Shown piece after piece: positions 1 through 13,693 of a stretch of DNA of 64,000 bases. Under the pieces are notes generated by a model. It did no database searches, was not told where the DNA came from, and was given only the letters and a program-made list of their open reading frames with translations. Position numbers and translations under genes: made by a program. The number at the start of each line of letters is the position of its first letter. Position 1 is the stretch's first letter. Origin of the DNA: Octopus sinensis (taxonomy: Eukaryota); contig NC_043007.1 of assembly GCF_006345805.1 (NCBI RefSeq), forward strand, positions 7,068,001-7,132,000, written 5' to 3'.

Positions 1-94
1 TAAAATATTATTTGAGACAAAACCACTATTTTGCAAAACAAACAAGGAAAGACTTAATCAATACATAAAATTTAATAAATAGTCAAAAAAACCG

Positions 95-137
95 CCACTA
101 CAATCGTTTCTTGTCTTGATCGACAATCTTCAGGTGG
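95..137 (-). ncRNA. Minimal type-I hammerhead ribozyme motif (family A)
   Basis: Reverse complement reads ccac-CTGAAGA-ttgtc-gatcaa-gacaa-GAAAC-gatt-GTA-gtgg. Confidence 0.8.
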
Positions 138-271
138 ACTTCCAATCTAAAAAAATCAAAATTTTAAAATATAAAAATAATACTTTTAAATAATTAAAGT
201 AAAATGAAAAAATATAAGTATATAATCCATATATAACCTATATATAATCCATATCGAAAATATAGACTAAT

Positions 272-1290
272 TACCACGAATTCCCTAAAAAAACCATGAT
301 AAAACAAAACTCTTAAAAACATATAACGATAAAATCTCCCTTTGCTAAACTCTATAACAAACCTATAAAGTAAGCCCCTAACCTAAACATCACACACAAA
401 TACACACACGTAACCACAGACTCACGACTTATACCATACCTATACTAACTTATAAACCTCAATATACACCAAAACCCACTCCCTCCCCACCAGACAAATT
501 AACACATACATCCCAAAACCTAAATAACAAACCCATATACACATTCACACACAAAAAACACACACTCACACGCAAAACACTCACACACAAAAGATCACAT
601 ATACTCCCTCACATATACGCCTATACATACTCACTAAAACTCGACATATACAACAATACTTACACACCCACAAAAAACATTATATACATTTTGAGCTTAA
701 CTCACCTTAGCATCTCTAACAAACAACTTGCAGTAACCCAATCCCATTCTCTATGCCTACCTCACTACTACACTATTCCATTCACATTCAAGCAACGCTA
801 GTCCACCACCCGGTTATTCACGTGGCAAAACGAACACCACTCAAAAATTATGAATGAAACAATGTAAAAAAATAACCAAACCTAAAATAGACAAAATACC
901 ACGAATTACCTAAAAAAACCATGATAAAACAAAACTCATAAAAGCATATAACGATAAAATCCCTTTGCTAAACCCTATAACAAACTTATATAGCAACCCC
1001 CTAACCTAAACATTCACACAAAAAACCCACACGTAACCACAGACCCAAGACTTATACACAAACCTATACTAACTTATAAACCTCAATATACACCAAAAAC
1101 CACTCCCTCCCCACACAGACAAATTAACACATACATCCCAAATCCTAAATAACAAACCCAAATACACATTCACACACAAACCACACACACGCAAAACACA
1201 CACACACACAGATACATATGCTCCCTCACATATACGCATATACATACTCACTAAAACTCGATATATACAACAATATTTACACCCACACTC
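272..1290. repeat. Internal direct repeat (~400 bp, period ~625 bp) within the family A arm
   Basis: taccacgaatt..ctaaaaaaaccatgataaaacaaaactc starts at 272 and 897; mirrored in the right arm. Confidence 0.85.
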
Positions 1291-2444
1291 ATACAGATAA
1301 ATAAATTAATTACAATTAAAAACTCACAACCAATCTCATATACATAAACACTCTTATGAAAACAACAATAAATACATCGTAATTAACCAGAATATCAAAA
1401 ATAACATTATGACATAAGGATAATCAAATACATACTTACAATTCGTATGTGTTAATTTGTCTGTGGGGGAGGGAGTGGTTTTTGTGTATATTGAGGTTTA
1501 TAAGTTAGTATAGGTTTGTGTATAAGTCTTGGGTCTGTGGTTACGTGTGGGTTTTTTGTGTGTGTGAATGTTTAGGTTAGGGGGATTGCTATATAAGTTT
1601 GTTATAGGGTTTAGCAAAGGGAGATTTTATCGTTATATGCTTTTATGAGTTTTGGTTTATCATGGTTTTTTTAGGTAATTCGTGGTATTTTGTCTATTTT
1701 AGGTTTGGTTATTTTTTACATTGTTTCTTCATAATTTTTGAGTGGTGTTCGTTTTGCCACGTGAATAACCGGGTGGTGGACTAGCGTTGCTTGGAATGTG
1801 AATGGAATAGTGTATAGTGAGGTAGGCATAGAGAATGGGATTGGGTTACTGCAAGTTGTTTGTTAGAGATGCTAAGGTGAGTTAAAGCTCATAAATGTAT
1901 ATAATGTTTTTTGTGGGTGTGTAAGTATTGTTGTATATGTCGAGTTTAGTGAGTATGTATAGGCGTATATGTGAGGGAGTATATGTATCTTTTGTGTGTG
2001 AGTGTTTTGCGTGTGAGTGTGTTTTTTGTTTGTGAATGTGTATATGGGTTTGTTATTTAGGTTTTGGGATGTATGTGTTTATTTGTCTGTGTGGGGAGGG
2101 AGTGGGTTTTGGTGTATATTGAGGTTTATAAGTTAGTATAGGTATGTGTATAAGTCGTGAGTCTGTGGTTTACGTGTGTGTATTTGTGTGTGAATGTTTA
2201 GGTTAGGGGGCTTACTTTTAGTTGTTTATAGAGTTTAGCAAAGGGAGATTTTATCGTTATATGTTTTTAAGAGTTTTGTTTTATCATGGTTTTTTAGGGA
2301 ATTCGTGGTAATTAGTCTATATTTTCGATATGGATTATATATAGGTTATATATGGATTATATACTTATATTTTTTCATTTATACTTTAATTATTTAAAAG
2401 TATTATTTTTATATTTTAAAATTTTGATTTTTTAGATTGGAAGT

Positions 2445-2487
2445 CCACCTGAAGATTGTCGATCAAGACAAGAAACGATTGTAGTGG
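2445..2487 (+). ncRNA. Minimal type-I hammerhead ribozyme motif (family A)
   Basis: Stem I ccac/gtgg, core CTGAAGA (2449-2455), stem II ttgtc/gacaa, GAAAC, short stem III, GTA cleavage triplet. Confidence 0.85.
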
Positions 2488-2662
2488 CGGTTTTTTGACT
2501 ATTTATTAAATTTTATGTATTGATTAAGTCTTTCCTTGTTTGTTTTGCAAAATAGTGGTTTTGTCTCAAATAATATTTTATAATATTTTACTATAAAATT
2601 GGATTTAATCCTAAATCTGATTTTTTTTCCCTGTAAATTTGGATATATTCCCTAATATTTAT

Positions 2663-2695
<33 letters not shown>

Positions 2696-2706
2696 ATATA
2701 TATATA

Positions 2707-2748
<42 letters not shown>

Positions 2749-3556
2749 TGGATGTACATACGCATATGTCTACGTTTATCATTCACCGGCACATGAATAC
2801 CGGTGTTGAAGTGATTGTGTCCAACAAAACAGCAGACTGGCAAAACAACAACGACAGAGTAAGGGGCAGCATCAAAAACAACCACCAGGGTCGACTCATT
2901 TGGTTAAAATTCCTCAGGCAGGGCCCGGCCAGGCTGCAGTCTAATGAAAGAAACTAATAAAAGATGGAGGATATGGCTTAGGAAATGCGTTACAATAGGC
3001 ATTTATACAGCTTTCTCTGTTCCCTCTTCCTCTCAACGAGTTCATTGTATATACAGAGACGGGAAGTTTATATTCGTTGGAATAAATAAAGTGTTGACAA
3101 AAAAACTATACACGCGCGCGCGCACACACACATTTGTGTTTGTGTGTGTGCGTGTGTCTGTGTGTGTGTATTGTGCGCGAGGGTTTGCGTGTATGTGCGT
3201 GCGTGTGTCCGTGTATGAAGCTATTTAAATACATGTCGTATGTCTGTTGCTTGCTAGAAAATGCAATTATTCGTGTATTATGTAAGAAATTGAAGATAAT
3301 ACGAAACGTTGTGAGTTAGATTCAGGATATTCTTATATAAAGGAAGATAAACATTGCATGAGAGCAATATAACACTTGTATCCGTCTGTTGTAATCATTT
3401 TGCTTATTAAGTGAAGTTATGTAAACCAAAGGATGTGTAACATTTTTGTGTTTGTGTACACTTAACTGTGTTTATGTGTGTGTGCGCTCGCGACTGTGCA
3501 CGTGTGGGTGTGTGTATGAGAATGTTTGCCTGTGTGAGAGAGAGAGAAATAAATAA

Positions 3557-3616
<60 letters not shown>

Positions 3617-3962
3617 ACAGATCCATAAATGTTTTGATGCATCTGGACATAATTAAAACCAGAGGGCTTCATTATAGCTCTCATGACTTTTGATTTTAAC
3701 TAATTAGAAGTGTTATCCCGTACATTTTTGGCCTTGGTATAAAATATGGTCTACAACAAATATTCTGCTCAGTACCATAGATTTGCTACTAATTTGCTTG
3801 ACCTTAATCATTTGAGCATGTCTCTTAGTGGTTGACGATAAGTGCAACTCTGATCATGAGCAGAAGTAGTGGAGGGAACATCATAACTGTGTTTTGAGAG
3901 GAATTTCTTTGGGATTTGGATAATTCACCTCTGGGAACCTGGGTTTTTTATTAATCATCTTT

Positions 3963-4555
3963 AACCAAAGCGATATCGATATACTGTATGTGTCCAGACA
4001 AGAAGGAGGACGAGGTTTCAGAGGATGCCTCGTCATGGATTGTCAATGAGGAAAACAGGCTGGGATGATATTTCAAACAATAGATTGAACCTTTACCTGT
4101 CGTTGATAGAAATAGCAACCTTGTGAAAATGTGACACCTCCAAAATCATTTAAGAATCAAGGTGGAGAACAAAGGTTAGACAACTGAGAAATTAAAACAA
4201 TATGAGGGCAATATCTCTGAAAAAAGGAAGGAAAAGAAAAGACCAACAGATGGAGGCGGCTAAGCAATAGGGATCTGAATGGATGCACCGAAGCATCGAA
4301 ATGAAGCACCCAGGGACAAGCTCTGAGAGCTAAATGCATTAAATTCCAAACAGATAAGAGTAGTGAATTGCTCCTTTGTAGGATGTGTTGCAAAACAGGA
4401 AGCAGTCTCGCATATTGTAAGAGAGTGTAGGAAACTGGCCCAAGAGGAATAGAGATGGAGGAATAATAACGTAGCAAGTTAGTTTACTGGAGATTGGTTA
4501 GAAAGTGCGATTTTGAATAAATACAGAAATAGTAAGAACACAAACTGGAAGGAGT
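3963..4555 (+). mobile_element. Degenerate R4/Dong-like (restriction-like endonuclease) non-LTR retrotransposon fragment
   Basis: Frameshifted translation gives SDIDILYVSRQEGGRG, QGQALRA and a CRMC..EAVSHIVRECRKLAQEE..RNNNVA CCHC knuckle with RHN-like motif. Confidence 0.7.
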
Positions 4556-5004
4556 CGCCGCCAGTTTTCTCAGAATTGGGCGGAACAGGGGAAACTGTAA
4601 AAGAATACAAAATAATAAACTTAAGATGTTTATAAATCAGAGACATCATCACGTCAACGATTCCTGGGTGAATGACATTTTATCTTTCACTTCTTTCCAA
4701 ACAATATCGCTCGATTGCATTTTAACTGACAAAGAAACAAAAAGTCTGTTGTTAAAACCAGTGGATGTAAAGTAAACTTGTCTCATTCGCTTAACGGAAA
4801 CTAATGTATTATTTAAAAGCAAATTGCTTGCGTAACACACAATGTGTACACAATACTTAAGAATCGGATGTAAACACTTAAACACTGCTTGTATCTATAA
4901 AAACAGCCAAACTACATACAAAAACATACACGCAAATACACACACACAGACATACAGACACACACATACACACACACATATATATTTTTATACCTTTCTT
5001 TTAA

Positions 5005-5200
5005 TATTCTTTACTATTCTAGGCACAATGCCCTAAACTTTGGAGGGGCGGGCATTCTATTAGATCGACCTCAGTACGCAACTGGTATTTAATTTATCGA
5101 CTCCGAAAGGATGAAAGGCAAAGTCGACATCGGCGGAATTTGAACACAGAACGTAAATATATTTCGGCCGGTGTGCTAACGTTTCTGCCAGCTCACCGCG
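5005..5200 (-). mobile_element. tRNA-derived SINE (family 1)
   Basis: B-box-like gttcaaattcc plus conserved gactttgcctttcatcctttcgg.gtcgataaattaa.taccag domain on the minus strand. Confidence 0.8.
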
Positions 5201-5214
5201 TTAACTTTGTTTTA

Positions 5215-5415
5215 ATATTATGGTCACTGAATTCCCGTTGGGCGAAAACCTTATGGGTCTTTCGTATGTCTTTACGTTCTGCGTTCAAATTCTGCCGAGC
5301 TCGCCTTTGCCTTTCATCCTTTCGGCGGTCGATAATTTAAGTACCAGTTGCGTAATTGACCGCCCCCACTCCACCGAAATTTACGACCTTGTGCCAAGAG
5401 AAGAAAAGAATATTA
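5215..5415 (+). mobile_element. tRNA-derived SINE (family 1), head-to-head with the previous copy
   Basis: gttcaaattctgccgag..tttgcctttcatcctttcggcggtcgataa..ccttgtgccaag. Confidence 0.8.
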
Positions 5416-5679
5416 TGGTCGATAAAGTATCGTAAAATACGAATATAAATATCTGACATTGATACAAGTGTTTTACAACAGTAAAATGTCTTGTATATAT
5501 AAACTTTTAGGGCACCTTTCATAAAGACCCAACTCAAAGCGTTTAGAAGTCCTTTTAGAGAGAAGTCAATACAAATGATACTGTCAATCCTCAGGCGAAG
5601 TATAAGCATTTCACTTTAGGTGACGCATCGAATTATCTTTCAGTTAAATGGATGGATGGATGGATGGATGGATAGATAG

Positions 5680-6120
5680 ATGGATAGATACTTAATCAAC
5701 AAAAGAGACATTAAAGCCTCTCGAGTTCCAAAATGCCACCGAAAAGGTAGAATATGTCATATGTCTGAGGAAAACATCAGACATGTGCTTAGCAGCTGTA
5801 CCGAATTGTCCTCCGGGTACTACCTCCATATTGGACACGACGTTGTCACTAAAACAACATACAATGTCATTGGGGAAAAGACTGTCCTGGAATAAGTACA
5901 GAGAACCCCCGCCCTGTTATTGAATGTGTACACAAATACCCTCAGAAGGAATACAGGTGGAACATTCCCATCAAAACACCTGTGAAGTGTAACCATAACA
6001 GGTCTGATATTGTTATTTGAGTCGAAGAAGAGGAAAGTACGGTCATAGAGATCAGCTGTGCAACTGATGTGAATATCTCTTGGAAAAATCAAAGAGAAAA
6101 CGAATAACTCTGGACAACAG
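5680..6120 (+). mobile_element. R4/Dong-like LINE fragment: zinc knuckle plus RLE endonuclease domain
   Basis: RICHMSEENIRHVLSSCTELSSGYYLHIGHDVV, then WNIPIKTPVKCNHNRSDIVI..VIEISCATDVNI..KIKEK. Confidence 0.75.
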
Positions 6121-6544
6121 AAATCGAGTTTCGGGATTAATTTTTGAGATATACACTTACTTCATAAATTCAGACGGTAAAGCAAATCTCTAAGGCATGA
6201 TACCCTCTCTATCACCAACACCTAATTTGGAGAAAAGTAATATTTTCCCATGGCTAGACATGTTTCATGTTTTCACAGTAGATTAGAAATAAAGGGCACT
6301 GCTTGTACAACGGTGAAACACGTTCGCAACCATCATTTGATGCAAAGACAAAGAGACAGAAACACTTTCAAATTACATAGCAGGAACAAAAAAAAAACAT
6401 CTTCTTACTTCGTATCGACTTTCGTTAATATTTCCCATAATGAATGACATTCTTTGCTTTTATTGCATTCCAATAGAAAAAATTTTAAGAAAAATATAGG
6501 GTAAAAGAAAAACGTTTCCTGGGACCACCTTAATCCCTCAGATC

Positions 6545-6695
6545 CGCTTTCACGTTCTCTGTTAAGATTCCACCAAGGTCGACATTTTCTTTCATCCTTT
6601 CAGGGTCGATAAAATAAGTACAAGTTGAGCATTAGGGTCATCGACTACTTTCTTCTCGAACTTGTTGGCCTTGTGCCAAAATCTGAAATTGTTAT
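6545..6695 (+). mobile_element. SINE family 1, degenerate
   Basis: ggtcgacattttctttcatcctttcagggtcgataaaataagtac..ccttgtgccaaaa. Confidence 0.7.
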
Positions 6696-6896
6696 TTACT
6701 GTGATAAAAGAGACTTTTACATAATTAATTTAGGAAATGGGTGAAAGTGAAAGAGGCACTGATTATTAGCAATAAATATTTATCCTAAAAGAAAATCTTT
6801 CCAAATAATTTTCGTTCGTGTTTTCTTTTTGTTTTGTTTATTACTTCTGTCCAAAATTAATTTAAATGTGTGTGATGTACATAAATATGAAATACA

Positions 6897-6948
<52 letters not shown>

Positions 6949-8364
6949 CGTGATTCGTTTTCCTGTCTTCATATGTATAGTGTTAAGAAAAGATGTTTTC
7001 CGAATTAGTTAATCATCACTCGAAATTATATATTCCACGCTTGTCATCTTAAAGGCATCTCCTTTAATATTGTGTGGTTTCAATGTTGATTAATTTCCAT
7101 CATTATTTTATTTTTATTATTGTTGCTTTTTTTATGTTAAGAACCATTTATCTACAGAGTAAAAGGTAATCAGTGATACAATTGAATAGAAACATAAATT
7201 CGGAATGGCGAAATGTGACATAAATGAATATATTTCTATGACTGGTCATCTCATTATTTCTTGCACTATGATAAGTGACTGACTTAATAGCCTCAATGTC
7301 TGACACATTTTATATTGCGGTGTTAATTACGCGTCTGTCTATTCTCAGTTCATTTTCCACCCAAGTCTACTTTGCCGTTTCTCATTCTGAATCGATTTAA
7401 TAGACATCGGTGACTAAAGTGAATACTGTTCTCTATGTTTTCTGTGTGACATCTTTTCTACAGTTCAGCTGAAACCAGTAATCATAATGATAGTTTTACG
7501 TCCGATTTTTGATGCTGGCATGAGTTGAACGTTTAATGTAATATCTCTATATTTTTTATAATCATGAAAAAGGTTAACTGGTTACTTGTTTTTCTTTTCT
7601 TTTAGTCATCGTATACAGTGGGAGAGAGAGGGGAAAGGAGAGAGAGAAAGATAGTAAAAAAGAGTATTTAAGGAGGAGTTACATAAATGAGAAATAAGGA
7701 AAAGTTTACAAAATGCACCAGCGATTAGCATATCCACGTTCGTACCCGCTGGAACGTATTAGGATTGTGTATGAACACGGCTGCTTTGATTTATGTGTTT
7801 AATTAAAAGTAATACATATCAAACCTTTGTAAATTAGCATTCATTTCATTATTTTGTAGAAAAAGCAAGAACTTTGATAAAAGTTAAATTATAGCATTTA
7901 TATGTATGTCATATTTCTCAATATTAACCATGGTGGCAAAATATATTCCCAAACCCATGTTTATTAAATGTCCTTTTCAACATTAAACAAGGAATTTTTT
8001 CCGATCTCATCAACTCTCCGATTTTAAAAAGGTTTTCAAGACCAGCTGAGATTTTTCAAAAGACCTTCTGAATATCTTCACTTTCTTTTGTCCAAAGAGG
8101 CTGAAATGAAATTTGATCATGTAGCACGCTGAGTATTTCAAATAATGTACACCCTCTTTGAAGTCACTCTACTGGTACAACCACGCGTGGTACAGTTTTT
8201 GTGGTAAGATGAACACAACTACCGATAGAGAGAACCGCTGGCTGATATGCATAATGTAGTGAGACAAAGCCACAATTAGGAAATGTTTTAAACTTCATGT
8301 ATTAATACTTTCGTTTAAAGCAATTATTCAGCGATTTCCAGATATCCTCATCTACAATATGCAA

Positions 8365-8490
8365 AATGCCTAAAATATTAGTGGGGAGGTAAGTTGATTA
8401 CATCGACCAAAACTCTCAGTTACTACATATTTCATCGACTCCAGAAGGATGAGAAACAAAATCGACCTCGGCAGAATTCGAACCCAGAAG
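8365..8490 (-). mobile_element. SINE family 1, degenerate
   Basis: atcgactccagaaggatgaga..tcgacctcggcagaattcgaac. Confidence 0.6.
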
Positions 8491-8509
8491 CGATTTCAAC
8501 ATCTTAGAT

Positions 8510-9290
8510 GTTTTATGTTCTACAGGCGTATTACAGACGTTTTGAGACTTGTTCATGAGAATCATTTGAAATTTAAAAGTACGAAACTCTTATCTTCTCC
8601 ACAGTAGGTTCGGCTGATTCAATGCCCTTCATGTAGCACGCCAGCCATTTCGTGAAATCTCCATGATATTCCTCCAAATTGAAGGTGTCCAGGACTCTCA
8701 TCATCGCCATCAACATCTCATTGTTTTCAATCCGATTGCCCCTGACAGCTTCGTGACAGGGAGCAATATCTGGATTGTAGAGAGTATGAGGTACAGTTTT
8801 AATTCCCAAGTAGTTGGTTACGAGGATCCTGGGGACACACTTTCTACAAATTTTGCACATGTTCTGACTCACTAACTCTAAACTGTATATTAATGACTTT
8901 AAGGACACTCAATTGTTTTCAACCAGAAAATTTGCAGATTTTTTTTTCCACCAGATACGATGTTCTGATGTCACTCTCTCAGACACTTCTCATCGTCTCT
9001 CTCCTTCTCCTCGCCGTCCTTGAACATCTTGGCAGTAGAAAAGTTAATCCATAAGCAATTTGAGCATTCCATAAGTTTCTGGGGCTTTTGCACACTCGGC
9101 TTTCAAACGGTTCGACTGCATTCTGCAAACTCGTCAGTCGTGACAAACGACGTTTATCACGTAGTGCTCAAAATTCTGTTGCAGCAGTCTCTTTCAAATT
9201 GAAATAACAAACTTTGGCAGGTCATCTTCTTATATGTATTGTAAACATAAGCAAACATTGAAGTAACCTAGGACACTTATCACTGCCTCC
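8510..9290 (-). mobile_element. Mariner transposase remnant
   Basis: ORF 8573-8908 contains TVPHTLYNPDIAPC (YSPDLAP-like) and FTKWLACYMKGI, resembling a mariner C-terminus. Confidence 0.6.
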
Positions 9291-9694
9291 CCTACAAACG
9301 TCATTAAACTTCCGGAATGCAATCTATATTTAGAAACGTAATAATGTATCATTACTCAAGTGTTTTACTCATCTAACACCACCCACGACTTTTTTTGTAT
9401 CCTTTCTACACCATAATATTCGCCAGATTAATTGTGTTTTTTTTTCGTCGTTTTGCTTTGTCTTTATCTTCATGCGATTGCTGGTGTGTGTGCTGGCGGG
9501 AAATGCACACAACTTGAATTTGTAATTTCTTTACGGAGAAATCTTTGTATTGTTTTAGGATTTGCAAATGTGAGTAGAAATTCCATCTGTCTTCATCGAT
9601 ATTAACATAATACATTTATGTATGTATGTATGTATGTATGTATGTATGTATGTATGTATGTATGTATGTATGTATGTATGTATATATGTATGTA

Positions 9695-10073
9695 TCTCTC
9701 TCTATATAAACGGCAGTTTGTCTGTGCGTGTTTCTGTGTGTCTGTTTGCTTGTACCCTCACCCTGACCACGGCTTTCAATCGATTCTGATGAAACTTGAC
9801 ACACACATAGCCCAACGTCATAATTCAAAACTAACGCAGCGAAAATTTTGAAAAGTTCCGCCAGTTCTGAAAAAATCGATAAATTCGACATGGGGTCGAG
9901 AATCAGAAACACAAACCACAAACTGTCTAGGGGGCGCAACTCCACCTTTTTTAAATCTCAAAAAAAAATATCATTTTCCCCCATTTTTTGGCTACTTTTT
10001 GGCTATCACTCTCTAAAAATGCTTTATAGTTATTTCCCTTACAAACCTGAGCAACGCCGGGCGATACTGCTAG
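9695..10073 (+). mobile_element. Non-autonomous Helitron-like element
   Basis: 5' tctatataaa followed by a gtctgt-rich tract and cgattctgatgaaactt; 3' GC-rich hairpin cctgagcaacgccggg then CTAG. Confidence 0.65.
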
Positions 10074-10404
10074 ACCCCCTTCGGTCATGAATGACCATGG
10101 GATTGCACCTAGAAAGTTACCCTCCTAGACACAAGTCCGGGCAAGGTTGTTTATGGAAGACCAGCAGTCGCCCATGCATACCAGCCTCCCCTCTCCACGC
10201 CACCAGTGTTATCCAAGGGAAAAACTAAGGTCGATACAGCTTGGCACCTGTGACGTCGCAACTCATTTCTACAGCTGAGTGAACTGGAGCAACGTGAAAT
10301 AAAGTGCCTTGCTCAAGAACACAACACGCAGCCCGGTCCGGGATTCGAGCTCACAAACTCACGATCGTAAGCTCGACGCTCTAACCACTGAGCCATGCGC
10401 CTTC
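10074..10404 (-). mobile_element. tRNA-derived SINE (family 2, CORE-like)
   Basis: Minus strand has an A box ggctcagtggttagagc, a B box ctcgaatcccg and gtgttcttgagcaaggcacttt. Confidence 0.85.
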
Positions 10405-10413
10405 GTACCCATC

Positions 10414-10535
<122 letters not shown>

Positions 10536-10544
10536 ATATATACT

Positions 10545-10579
<35 letters not shown>

Positions 10580-10696
10580 TGTTTTATTGCCAATCTTATG
10601 CACACTCATACACCCTTATATATCTACATGCATGTATATACACGTACATGCAGCACCGCACAAAACACATCATAAGCGTATATCTAGCTATATCTA

Positions 10697-10769
<73 letters not shown>

Positions 10770-12058
10770 ATATATATATCCTTCCATTCATCTAACTATC
10801 GATATATATATATATATATAGCTTGTATATTTATATGTGTGTGCGTATACGTTTTAGAAACAAGAGAATTCTATGTTTAGCATATGAAAAGAGACATTAT
10901 ACCGAACACAAATCTGTAGTGTTCTTTAGTTAAAACGTCAGAGCCGCAGCAAATCCGACAAAAAAAAATCTGCACCATTGCGGGATTTTATCGCTGTTTC
11001 TATATTTGGATACACGAAAATCAAAAGATTTTATACGTTCACCGATTCTTTGGAAGTGATAAATTCTCTTCAGCAATCACTTTATCTCTTCTGCTTTATA
11101 AACAATATATTGATAGAGTAGAAATTATAGATTTTGTCGGAAATCGATGAAAAATAACCTCAATTGATTACCTCTAGCAATGTTAATATCTCATTTTATT
11201 AATGTCTTTCTTTGGCATGTATTTTTAGGCGATATATTGCCTCTTCTCGCAGTCCGAGAATAGACGTCGGATGAATGACCAATAAACGTGTTCGTTATAT
11301 GTAGTCAGACATTTTCCTTATGTATGTGATTCGGGGTGAAACATTGAACAGATGTGTCTTCTAAAATGGGGAGAATAATGGTGTGTCTTGATCGATATTA
11401 ATATAATACAATCGTGTATGTACACACACACACATATATATATATATTTATATATATATATTCTCTCTCAGACACACTTATATATATGTGTAGTTTTGTC
11501 TCCAAACTTATAAACATTTATTCATCCTTATATATCTACATACATGTAAACATACACACACACATGCACGTATATATATAATCTCACACTTACGCGTCTA
11601 AACATATGCTCCGACTGGTTTTAATTTCATTCATTTTGCTTTAAAGTAGTATAAACTGACTTCATTATTTTCTTGACGTGGACGCATGTAAAGATAAGCA
11701 GACGTGTTTCCCCTTACTTAGCGGGAATACCAAATACATATTTTTTGCGAAATTCATGCAATATGCTTTCATGGTAAACATAATGCAAAATAGGCGTTAC
11801 AATAACATCAAATTAGGGTTCTGGTTAACCACAAATATTCTAGGAATAGATTGTTTAATTCCAAATGCGCCAGTTTCGCATAAATATTTTAATCATAGAA
11901 ATGGAGGTTTATGCATAAGTAATATATATCGGGAATGTATTTCCCTACGGAACTGACAAAATAGTATCACACACCAGGGAAAATATGTATGTGTGTGTTT
12001 GTGTCACGATGTGTTCGACTGTATGTGCGTGTTTGCGTGTGCGTTTGTGTGTGTGTGT

Positions 12059-12090
<32 letters not shown>

Positions 12091-12159
12091 CGTGTTTTTG
12101 TAATTGTTTGTGTGTGTGTATTCGAGTGTATGTGTGTGTGTGTTAATATATCAAATATA

Positions 12160-12340
12160 ACGGTATTTCGTCTGCCACTACGTTCTGCGTTCAAATTCCG
12201 CCGAGGTCGACTTTGCAATTCATCCTTTCAGGGTCGATTAAATAAGTACCAGTTACGTACTGGGGTCGATGTAATCGACTTAGTCCCTTTGTCCTTGTTT
12301 GTCCCTTCTATGTTTAGCCCCTTGTGGGCAATAAAGAATT
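12160..12340 (+). mobile_element. SINE family 1
   Basis: gttcaaattccgccgaggtcgactttgc..catcctttcagggtcgattaaataagtaccag. Confidence 0.8.
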
Positions 12341-12605
12341 AAACATATCAAATATACCATGTCAGCCGAATAAAGAGAAACTCCATCAAGGTATACATAA
12401 TAAAGCAAAATACATGCCTCTACATACAGACACACACACACAGCTACCTGTATGTTTGATTACCCTTGCACATATTTATGTTTCTGTGAGGGCAGCACAT
12501 GTACAATGTGTCTGAGGAGCAGTAACACGTATGTGATATATTCTTCAATGTGTCTACCTCGCCGAGCAACAATAACAAAATTACATGCAAGGTAAAAACA
12601 TACGT

Positions 12606-12830
12606 ACGGAGTGGTATCAAAACCCTTCCCGGACTGGTTATCTTTAATAATTAATAAAGGACTTTTTAAATCATCTCCATACAAGTAGACACCTTGTGCA
12701 CTTTTGGAATCCGGCCTGGATTTTTTCTTTTCCAGTAAGCGAGTCAAGGACCTTGTAGAATTCGTTCTGGATCTCAACAACGGGGTTAAAACCGCGACCT
12801 TTGAGCTCGTGAAAGTCAGTACCACCTCTT
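12606..12830 (-). mobile_element. Mariner 3' end remnant
   Basis: [29 protein letters not shown]-terminus; TIR-like tacggagtggtatcaaaacccttcccggact. Confidence 0.6.
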
Positions 12831-12926
12831 ATTGCACACACACGTGTGGTGTCATCCATAGATACCACCTAGTACATATACATACATATATATATATGTA
12901 TGCATGTATGTATGTATATATGTATG

Positions 12927-13004
<78 letters not shown>

Positions 13005-13644
13005 TGTATGTGTGTATGTATGTATGTGTATATATATATATTATAATATATATATATATTATTATATATATATATATTATATATATATATATATGTATAT
13101 ATATGTATACATACATATATATGTGTGTGTGGCGGGGGTGATATAGATGCTTGTGTGCGGGGGAGTTGATTGTTATAAATGCGTAACTAAGAGAGAAATC
13201 AATGAAATAGAAATGAAGACAAATTGAAATGTTAAGGAAATATGTGCCACTAGGTTACGTTGTTAATGTTGTTATAAGATGAATGCACTGAAGTTGAATG
13301 TTGTTATACATAAAAAACGGAAAGAATGAATTAATTGAATAACGAAATACGAATTTGTAAATGTGTGAGTATGAGGAAGAGGTGGTACTACTGTTTCAAC
13401 ATGAGTTCCGGCTCTGAAAATAGAAAATGAAATAAGAATAATAAAGGGATGAGTGTGTGTGTGTGTGTGTGGTGTGTCCAGGAGTGCACAGACGAAAGTA
13501 AGTGGCACTCGATCCACATTAACACTTATTTTCATTTAACAGTTAGACTCTTCTAATTTAAATTCTGATGAGGTGGACTTCAAATCATCTGGAATTAAAC
13601 TGAATTAAACTGTGATTAAAATATTCGTACACACACACACATAA

Positions 13645-13693
<49 letters not shown>

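Larger units (their letters stand above)
1..2662. mobile_element. Non-autonomous Penelope-like fold-back element (family A), large inverted repeat
   Basis: 1-~1134 is the reverse complement of ~1445-2580. The right arm has an extra ~80-nt tail running into (TA)n. Each arm carries an HHR motif. Strong C/A versus G/T strand skew and no ORF. The same termini recur at 16818 and 27451. Confidence 0.8.

Noticed and set aside
4649-4750. Possible minus-strand exon with polypyrimidine/AG acceptor
   Set aside because: Short ORF with no recognisable homology and no partner exons.
9786-9797. CTGATGAAAC resembling an HHR core
   Set aside because: The half-cores overlap, there are no stems, and it is part of the Helitron-like element.
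10330-10404. tRNA gene candidates in SINE heads (also 26900-26971, 52750-52822)
   Set aside because: Acceptor stems are broken and they are embedded in repeats; treated as tRNA-derived sequence, not genes.
13564-13580. CTGATGAG motif
   Set aside because: No downstream GAAA-stem III; looks like a mutated SINE aaattctgccgaggtcgactt segment.
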